DNA from: a bacterium
Lineage (GTDB): Bacteria; Patescibacteriota; Minisyncoccia; UBA6257; JAGOQP01
Assembly (NCBI GenBank): GCA_021814695.1
Contig: JAKAHY010000002.1
Span: 8,920 to 72,919, forward strand
Direction: 5' to 3'
Length of the DNA: 64,000 bases
The translations under genes were made by a program, and so were the position numbers. Below, in pieces: positions 57,063 to 64,000 of the stretch. The notes beneath the pieces were generated by a model. The model made no database searches. It worked only from the letters and a program-made list of their open reading frames with translations, and was not told the origin of the DNA. Within the stretch, counting starts at the first letter, position 1. Every line of letters begins with the position of its first letter.

Positions 57063-58142
57063 ATGTTTGATCTCTTAAAAAAAATTATTCCCGGACGATC
57101 TTCTTATCTTGGCGTTGATATCGGGACTACCTCAATTAAAGCTGTCGAACTTACCAAAGGAGCGCAAAATCCGACTCTGACGAATTACGGACTTTTGGAA
57201 AGTTATGGCCACTTTGAGCGTGCTAATAATGTCATACAGGCCAACGCCCTTAAGCTTTCAGAAAAAGAGACAACGTTTATGCTTAAGACTCTTGTAAAAC
57301 AATCGGGATTTAAAACCAGCGCGGCGATTGCATCCATTCCTTCGTTTGCTTCTTTCATAACAATGATTGAAATGCCCTCCATGTCAGAAGAAGAGACTAA
57401 TAAAGCTATGGGATTTCAGATAAGACAGAGCGTTCCTCTGCCCCTATCGGAAATTGCCGTAGATTGGATTAGGGTCGGCGAACGCAATGATGAAAACGGG
57501 TTTGCTAAACAGCAGATGGTTCTCATCGCAATTCCAAACGAAACGGTTTCCAGATATAAATCTATTTTCAAGGGAGCGGGACTTTCTTTAAAAGCGCTCG
57601 AAGTGGAAAGCCTGTCCTATATACGATCGGTTATTGGAGGAGATAAAACTCCTTCGATGATTATTGATATCGGTGCGCGCTCCACAAACATCACTGTCGT
57701 TGACCAGGGATTTTTGAAACATAATTCTCAGATAGATTATGCCGGAGATTCTTTAACGCAAGCGATTACCAAGGGACTGGGTATAAGCTACAAGAGAGCC
57801 GAGGAGCTCAAGAAACAACGGGGCATAAGCGGAGGGTCCGGAGAATATGAGTTATCCACATTGGAACTACCTTTCATAGATGTTATAATTAGTGAGGTAA
57901 ATAAGGTTAAGGACAATTTTGAGTCCAATTTTGGCTTAAAAATTCAGCGGGCCATACTCATAGGGGGAGGCTCAAGCTTGATAGGAATAGATAAATATTT
58001 TGAAAGCCAAATGCAAATAACCTCAGTGTTGGGCAATGGATTACTTTTTGTGAATACTCCAAGTCAGTTGAACGTTGTTGAAAAAGAGTTGCAGGTAAGA
58101 TTTGCGACAGCGATAGGGCTTGCGATAAAGAATTTCGTTTAG
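57063..58142 (+). CDS. pilM: Type IV pilus assembly protein PilM (actin-like ATPase)
   Basis: YLGVDIGTTSIKAVEL and IDIGARSTNI motifs. The track ORF begins at TTG 57048. Confidence 0.8.
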   Translation: MFDLLKKIIPGRSSYLGVDIGTTSIKAVELTKGAQNPTLTNYGLLESYGHFERANNVIQANALKLSEKETTFMLKTLVKQSGFKTSAAIASIPSFASFITMIEMPSMSEEETNKAMGFQIRQSVPLPLSEIAVDWIRVGERNDENGFAKQQMVLIAIPNETVSRYKSIFKGAGLSLKALEVESLSYIRSVIGGDKTPSMIIDIGARSTNITVVDQGFLKHNSQIDYAGDSLTQAITKGLGISYKRAEELKKQRGISGGSGEYELSTLELPFIDVIISEVNKVKDNFESNFGLKIQRAILIGGGSSLIGIDKYFESQMQITSVLGNGLLFVNTPSQLNVVEKELQVRFATAIGLAIKNFV

Positions 58143-58155
58143 TTTTAAATTTTTC

Positions 58156-58719
58156 ATGGCAGATTTAAATACAACAGTAAATCGAGCGCGAGCGGCAGGA
58201 GCGGCATCCGCCGGTTTTCCTTGGCGGCTTTTAATTATATCTTTCGTTGTGTTCGGGCTGACGATTCTTGTCTGGGCCGGAATTCAATTTGGATACATTC
58301 CGTTTTTGAATTCCCAGTTATCGAACGCTATGGCTAATTTTAATTCCCTTTCCGGAAAAATCAGCGAGCAACAGCAGAAAGACCTGACCGGTTTTTATTC
58401 TCAGCTCTATAATATTCAGTCTTTGCAAGCGTCACATATTTATTCCGCGAAACTGTTTGATTTTTTGGAGAAAAATATTTATCCCAACGTTGTTTTAACC
58501 AGTTTTCAGGCGAGCCTTACCGGAGGAAGTATCCGTTTTGATGGAATTGCTTCCGACTACTCTACCCTAACTAACGAGCTGGCAATACTTAAATCCGATC
58601 CGAACGTAACTTTGGTAACGCTGGATTCGTCGCGCCAAAAAGATGTTAAAGAAGGAGGGGGAGTGGCATTTACAATAAGCGTATCCATTTCGCCAAAATT
58701 ATTTGATTCCGCCCAATAA
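58156..58719 (+). CDS. pilN: PilN-like pilus assembly protein
   Basis: Single N-terminal TM segment followed by a coiled coil; position after pilM. Confidence 0.5.
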   Translation: MADLNTTVNRARAAGAASAGFPWRLLIISFVVFGLTILVWAGIQFGYIPFLNSQLSNAMANFNSLSGKISEQQQKDLTGFYSQLYNIQSLQASHIYSAKLFDFLEKNIYPNVVLTSFQASLTGGSIRFDGIASDYSTLTNELAILKSDPNVTLVTLDSSRQKDVKEGGGVAFTISVSISPKLFDSAQ

Positions 58720-59305
58720 TATGAAAACAAGCTCCAGAAGAATTCTATTTGTCATATTATCTCTAACCTTGGTTATTGCGGCTGCTTTTGTATATTCCTC
58801 TTTTATTTCTCCGGCCTATGACAATGTCATGACTTTAAGAAGCCAAATTGCGTCCCAGAACTCCGTTATTCAGAGATTCCAGATTACATTCGGAAAGGTG
58901 CAAAAACTTTTATCGGATCTTCAGACCGCTCCGGATGTCCAAAAACAGGTATCTCTGATTCTCCCGACGTCCCGTGACGTGAGTTATTTGGTCGGCCAGA
59001 TTTCAGGACTTGCCGAAGCAAACGGAATGACGCTTTCGCTTCTTTCAACAAATGTTCTTCCGGTTCAGCCGGCACAATCCAAAGTTATTCAGTCTGTGGG
59101 AAAATTGCGAGCGGATATCAAGTTGAACGGAAGTTATGCCGGATTCAAATCTTTTCTGAGGCAATTGCAATCAAATATTCTTCTGCTTGATGTGACGGAT
59201 ATTAAAATAGACAGCAGCGTGGTCAGTGGCACTACCGGTAGGGCCGGCTCAACATCTTTATCGTATTCCATATCTGTAAATAGTTATTATCAAACGAGTC
59301 AATAA
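58703..59305 (+). CDS. pilO: PilO-like pilus assembly protein
   Basis: N-terminal TM segment; position in the locus. Confidence 0.45.
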   Translation: MIPPNNMKTSSRRILFVILSLTLVIAAAFVYSSFISPAYDNVMTLRSQIASQNSVIQRFQITFGKVQKLLSDLQTAPDVQKQVSLILPTSRDVSYLVGQISGLAEANGMTLSLLSTNVLPVQPAQSKVIQSVGKLRADIKLNGSYAGFKSFLRQLQSNILLLDVTDIKIDSSVVSGTTGRAGSTSLSYSISVNSYYQTSQ

Positions 59306-59308
59306 TTT

Positions 59309-59605
59309 ATGGCAATTTTTATTGAAGAAGAAAAAAAGGGAGGTGGCAGGTGGTTTGGTTTCGGGATAATATTTATTTCCCTCATAATTGTTGGGGCAGC
59401 GGTTTATTATCTGTTTTTTGTACAGACTCAATTATTCAACGTAGTCCTTCCGATAAAACTTCAATCCATTGACGAACTGACAAAGATCGCGAATTTTGAC
59501 CCTCAGACGGTTATCAACAGCGATTTTTATAAAAGTCTAAGACAGGTGATTCCGCCGCCGAGTCCTCCTCCGGCCGGCAACGCATCCCCATTTAATGTTT
59601 TTTAG
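59309..59605 (+). CDS. Small membrane protein within the pilus locus
   Basis: 98 aa, one TM segment, Pro-rich C-terminus. Confidence 0.3.
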   Translation: MAIFIEEEKKGGGRWFGFGIIFISLIIVGAAVYYLFFVQTQLFNVVLPIKLQSIDELTKIANFDPQTVINSDFYKSLRQVIPPPSPPPAGNASPFNVF

Positions 59606-59607
59606 AT

Positions 59608-61344
59608 ATGGAGAACAAAGTTCTCATTGACAAGTTAATTGCATCGGGCGCACTGAGTCAGGATAACGGGCAGAAGCTTCTTCAAGAAGCTTCTTTTGCC
59701 AAACGACCAGTGGAAGAACTCATGTACGAAAGGAGAATTATTCCCGAACAAGCGCTGATGGATGCAAAGAGCCAGCTTCTTAAAGCGCCGTATAAAAAAA
59801 TTGACCCGCAGTCTATTACCGACCAAGTTTTGAAAACAATTCCGGAAACTACCGTAAGAAATTTTAAAGTTGTTCCGATTGAGTTAAAAGAAGATCTGTT
59901 AGTTGTCGGTATGGTTAATCCCGACGATGAGAAGGCCCAGGATGCGCTAAAATTCATAGCCAGGCAACTGAGGGTGAATCTTGGAATATATCTTATTCCC
60001 ATGTCTTTGTGGGACACGATCCTGAGAAGATATTCTCCATACCGGAGTGAAGTTGAAGCGGCAGTGAAATCTATTTCGGCTTTTGGTAAAAAAATGACGC
60101 CGGCATCCCAGATTGTTCAATTGGAAGCTGGCCAGACCGGAGCGGAAGATGCTCCAATCATCCGCATAGTGGCATCAACTTTAAAAGAAGCGGTTTTTGA
60201 GCAGGCGTCAGATATACATATAGAGCCTCAGCGTAATCGACTGCGTATTCGTTTCAGGCTTGATGGGGAATTGAGGGAAGTGGCCTCAATGCCTCTTGAG
60301 CTTTATCAGCCAATCGTTTCGCGCATAAAAGTCCTTTCGGATTTGAAAATAGACGAGACTCGTGTTCCTCAAGATGGGCGCTTTAGGACAATGTTAATGG
60401 GAAGGGATATAGACTTTCGTGTTGCGACATTTCCGACTCCGGTAGGGGAAAAAGTAGCAATACGTGTTTTGGACCCGACTGTCGGGCTGAAGGGGCTTAA
60501 GGAGCTGGGGCTTATGGGAAGAAATTTGGATATTATTCAGCAGGGAATAGAAAAGCCTTACGGCATGGTACTTATCACCGGACCAACCGGTTCGGGTAAA
60601 ACAACGACGCTGTATGCTTTGATGCAGGGACTTAACAACGATTCGGTTAATATCGTCAGCTTGGAAGATCCTGTGGAATATTATATGGACGGATTAAACC
60701 AGTCCCAAGTACACCCCGAAATAGGATACGACTTTGCTTCCGGACTCAGACAGATTCTAAGACAAGATCCCGATATTATTATGGTCGGTGAAATTCGCGA
60801 TAATGAAACTGCGGCACTGGCCGTTCATGCGGCTCTGACCGGACACATTGTTCTATCGACGCTGCACACCAATAACGCAGTCGGAGTTATTCCTCGTCTT
60901 TTGGATATGAAAGTCGATTCATTCCTTATCCCGGCATCGCTAAACTTGATGGTTGGCCAGCGCCTGATTCCAAAACTTTGCCAGCAATGCAAAGAAGAGA
61001 AGCAACTCACTCCGGATTTAACCAGAGAAATGGAAGCTACTCTTAAGGAAATATCCGAAGAGGACAAAAAATCTTTTGGTATAGAAGCTCCTTATAAAGT
61101 TTACGAATCCAAGGGTTGCTCCGCGTGTAAGGGCAAAGGAATTTCCGGACGTATAGCAATGTTTGAAATATTAAGAATGACTCGGGAATTGGCGGAAGTC
61201 ATCAGTCGTAAGGGAACCGAGGGCGATATTGTTAAGGAGGCGGAGCGACAACATATGATTACTTTGCGCCAGGATGGGGTGATGAAGGCGGTTAAAGGTT
61301 TGGTATCTTTGGAAACCGTTCTTCGTGAAACGGAATTGATGTAA
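59608..61344 (+). CDS. pilB: Type IV pilus assembly ATPase PilB (GspE family, full length)
   Basis: N-terminal GSPII_E_N-like domain, Walker A GPTGSGKTTT and a C-terminal Cys tetrad. Confidence 0.9.
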   Translation: MENKVLIDKLIASGALSQDNGQKLLQEASFAKRPVEELMYERRIIPEQALMDAKSQLLKAPYKKIDPQSITDQVLKTIPETTVRNFKVVPIELKEDLLVVGMVNPDDEKAQDALKFIARQLRVNLGIYLIPMSLWDTILRRYSPYRSEVEAAVKSISAFGKKMTPASQIVQLEAGQTGAEDAPIIRIVASTLKEAVFEQASDIHIEPQRNRLRIRFRLDGELREVASMPLELYQPIVSRIKVLSDLKIDETRVPQDGRFRTMLMGRDIDFRVATFPTPVGEKVAIRVLDPTVGLKGLKELGLMGRNLDIIQQGIEKPYGMVLITGPTGSGKTTTLYALMQGLNNDSVNIVSLEDPVEYYMDGLNQSQVHPEIGYDFASGLRQILRQDPDIIMVGEIRDNETAALAVHAALTGHIVLSTLHTNNAVGVIPRLLDMKVDSFLIPASLNLMVGQRLIPKLCQQCKEEKQLTPDLTREMEATLKEISEEDKKSFGIEAPYKVYESKGCSACKGKGISGRIAMFEILRMTRELAEVISRKGTEGDIVKEAERQHMITLRQDGVMKAVKGLVSLETVLRETELM

Positions 61345-61382
61345 ATTAGCCAATAAATATTCGATAAGTTATACTTAAATAT

Positions 61383-62453
61383 ATGACTGACTACAAACAG
61401 AAACTGAACGATCTTTTGTTGATGTGCGCCAAACAAGATGCTTCCGACCTGCATATTGCCGTTGGGCGCCACCCGACTTTGCGTATAGACGGAGCATTGG
61501 TTCCGCTGACAAAAGAATTAATATTGACACCCCAGGATGCCGAAGGCCTTGTTTTGGCTTTATTGACCGAATCTCAGAAGGGCGAACTTGCCTTGAAAAA
61601 ACAAGTCGACTTTTCTTATTCCTATGAAGACAAAGCGCGGTTCAGGGTAAATACTTATTATCAGCGCGGATATATGGCTGCGGCTTTGCGTTTAATTCCG
61701 GCCCAAATCAGAACAATTGAGGAACTTAAATTACCTCCGATACTGCATGATTTTGCCAATCTGTCACAGGGATTCGTGCTTGTTGTGGGTCCGGCGGGAC
61801 ACGGCAAGTCAACGACGCTGGCCGCCGTTTTGGATGAGGTAAACCATAATCGCACGGAACACATTGTCACCATTGAAGATCCGATAGAATATATTTTCGT
61901 TCAGGATAAAAGTATCGTTTCCCAAAGAGAGGTGCGGACCGATGCTATGGATTTTTCGCAGGCATTGAGATCGCTTCTCAGACAGGACCCGGACGTAGTT
62001 ATGATAGGAGAAATGCGCGATACGGAATCTATTGCAACTGCCTTAACCGCAGCCGAAACCGGACACTTGGTTCTTTCAACTCTTCACACCAACTCCGCTT
62101 CTCAAACAATCGACAGAATCATAGACAGCTTTCCGGCCGAACAGCAAAGTCAGATAGCTTCTCAACTTGCGGCAACGCTTGTGGGAATCGTTTCCGAGCG
62201 TCTTATTCCACGAATCGAAGGAGGCCGTGTTCCGACTTGTGAAATTATGATAGCCAATCCGGCCATAAGAAATTTAATTCGGGAAAGAAAAACCTATCAG
62301 ATAGATTTGGTTATAGAAACTAATGCTCAAGAAGGAATGATCACGCTCAATCGTTCGTTGGCGGATTTGGTGCGCCGCAGGGAAATAAGCTTGGAAAATG
62401 CCGAGTTGTACTCTCTCAATCCTTCCGAGTTAAGAATCCTTTTGGAAAAATAA
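61383..62453 (+). CDS. pilT: Twitching-motility retraction ATPase PilT
   Basis: GPAGHGKSTT and LVLSTLHTNSA motifs. Confidence 0.9.
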   Translation: MTDYKQKLNDLLLMCAKQDASDLHIAVGRHPTLRIDGALVPLTKELILTPQDAEGLVLALLTESQKGELALKKQVDFSYSYEDKARFRVNTYYQRGYMAAALRLIPAQIRTIEELKLPPILHDFANLSQGFVLVVGPAGHGKSTTLAAVLDEVNHNRTEHIVTIEDPIEYIFVQDKSIVSQREVRTDAMDFSQALRSLLRQDPDVVMIGEMRDTESIATALTAAETGHLVLSTLHTNSASQTIDRIIDSFPAEQQSQIASQLAATLVGIVSERLIPRIEGGRVPTCEIMIANPAIRNLIRERKTYQIDLVIETNAQEGMITLNRSLADLVRRREISLENAELYSLNPSELRILLEK

Positions 62454-62459
62454 ATAGAA

Positions 62460-63674
62460 ATGAAGTTCAAATATCAAGCCAGAAATAAAACAGGGGAATT
62501 ACAGGTGGGATTTGTTGAGGCTACCACGAGAGATGCGGCTTCCAACACCCTTACTTCCCATGACCTCTACGTTCTTAGCATTGAATCGGCGGAGAAAAAG
62601 AGCGTCTTTGACGCACTAACCAAAGTTTTCAAGAGAGTAAAAACAAAAGACCTGATGATATTTACCAGACAGCTGGCGACTCTTTTGGAATCCCAAATGC
62701 CTCTTAATAATGCACTGCAATCTTTGTATCAGCAGACTAATAACGAAACACTCAAAGAGTCGGTTTTTTTGATACTTCAGGACGTAGAAGCGGGACTTTC
62801 TTTGTCACAAGCTCTTGAGAGGCAGCGGCCGATATTTTCCGAATTTTATGTGAGCATGGTACGTTCGGCCGAAGTCACCGGACGTCTTGAGGAGGCGATG
62901 ACTTTTTTGGCTTATTACATAGAACGCGAAGCTAAATGGAAAGGAAAAATCGGCAATGCTCTTATTTATCCGGCAGTTCTTTTGGGTATGTTTGTCATAG
63001 TTGCCGGAATTATGGTTGCGGTGGTATTTCCTAAAATTCAGCCTGTTTTTACCGAAAGCAATGTCCAGCTTCCGTTTGTCACCCAGGCTTTAATGTCCGG
63101 GGGACAGTTAATTAGCAATTGGTGGTGGTTGGTGATTTTGGTTATGGCGGGCATAGTTTTTATTATCGTCGACTATCTTAGGAGCAATGAAGGAAAGGCG
63201 GTGGGCAACCAGCTGATATTGGTCATCCCCGTATTTGGAGAGCTTTTTAAAAAAATATATATCGCCCGTTTTTGCCAATCCCTTAGCGTTTTAATCAAAG
63301 GAGGCATTCCCATAACTCAGGCAATCGAAATAGCATCTTCTACTATTAACAACGTTATATACGAAGAAGTATTAAAACAAATAGCCGAAGGCGTCAGAGG
63401 TGGCGCGCTGTTTTCCCAGCTTCTGGGGGACAACATTAAATATTTTCCGATAATGGTCAGTCAAATGGCGGCAGTAGGAGAAACTACCGGCAGAGTGGAC
63501 GAAATGATGAATAAAATCGCGGATTTTTATGACAGCGAAGTAAACGATATGATGGCCAATCTTTCGGAATTAATTCAACCTATTTTAATTCTTATTATCG
63601 GCGTATTAATTGCCCTGCTATTTGCCGCCATTCTTCTTCCTATTTACAATATGGCCCAAACATTTAAAATATAA
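62460..63674 (+). CDS. pilC: Type IV pilus platform protein PilC (GspF family)
   Basis: Two GspF repeats and 3 TM segments. Confidence 0.9.
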   Translation: MKFKYQARNKTGELQVGFVEATTRDAASNTLTSHDLYVLSIESAEKKSVFDALTKVFKRVKTKDLMIFTRQLATLLESQMPLNNALQSLYQQTNNETLKESVFLILQDVEAGLSLSQALERQRPIFSEFYVSMVRSAEVTGRLEEAMTFLAYYIEREAKWKGKIGNALIYPAVLLGMFVIVAGIMVAVVFPKIQPVFTESNVQLPFVTQALMSGGQLISNWWWLVILVMAGIVFIIVDYLRSNEGKAVGNQLILVIPVFGELFKKIYIARFCQSLSVLIKGGIPITQAIEIASSTINNVIYEEVLKQIAEGVRGGALFSQLLGDNIKYFPIMVSQMAAVGETTGRVDEMMNKIADFYDSEVNDMMANLSELIQPILILIIGVLIALLFAAILLPIYNMAQTFKI

Positions 63675-63709
63675 TTATAAATTTATAAATAAAATAAGTA
63701 TGAAAAAAA

Positions 63710-64000
63710 TATTTTTATCGGCATCGGGATTCACTTTGATCGAAATGATGGTCGTTATCGCAATTATCGCAATTTTGGCGTCCATCTTCCTGGTGGGACT
63801 GGGAGGATTTAGAAGCAGCGCTTACGACACCAGAAGGATTTCCGACTTACAACACGTCCAAAGCTATCTTGAGCTTTATTATAATAGCGCTCATCATTAT
63901 CCGTCATCTGTGGACTATACGGCTCTTGGCACGGATTTGATTGGGGCCGGAATTGGAGTTACGGCATTGCCTCAAGATCCTCAATACAGTAATGGAACCG
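63710..64000 (+). CDS. Type IV (pseudo)pilin with class III signal (GFTLIEMMVVIAIIAILAS); the 3' end lies outside the window
   Basis: N-terminal methylation motif. Confidence 0.8.

Overview
AT-rich (about 40% GC) bacterial chromosome segment with short intergenic regions, many Shine-Dalgarno-less or leaderless starts and a minimal-metabolism gene set. The gene content suggests a CPR/Patescibacteria-like organism, but that is an inference. The window opens with the C-terminal part of a PilB/GspE ATPase and the infC-rpmI-rplT operon, followed by smpB with an adjacent tmRNA. It then carries three tandem paralogous LVIVD-repeat secreted proteins, followed by ileS, an AEC transporter, a GH1 beta-glucosidase, glycerate kinase, ruvB, ppsA, eno, gpmI, rny and HU. 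Further on are an ECF sigma / anti-sigma operon, eight tRNA genes, cca, murI, a metal-homeostasis island (ArsR-Trx-CDF-OsmC-ChrA-permease-ZnuABC), a DEAD-box helicase and DoxX. The window ends with a ComFC plus PilM/N/O/B/T/C plus pilin competence/type IV pilus locus.

The most unusual feature is a family of about 105-150 bp structured mini-elements inserted directly downstream of six tRNA genes. Each is bounded by a duplicated tRNA 3' end and carries hairpins whose sequences co-vary between copies. A conserved trailer hairpin is also shared by the tmRNA and tRNA-Gly(TCC) 3' flanks.

Other notable points:
- IleS carries a complete histidine-phosphatase (PGAM-like) domain inserted into its zinc-knuckle region.
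- Several small GC-rich genes with foreign codon usage sit behind native AT-rich promoters, including a cytidine-deaminase-like plus HIT-like pair flanked by tRNAs.
- The LVIVD paralogs and one other secreted protein share identical extended -10 promoters and a conserved C-terminal tail that may be a new sorting signal.

No rRNA, CRISPR array, integrase or transposase gene was seen.
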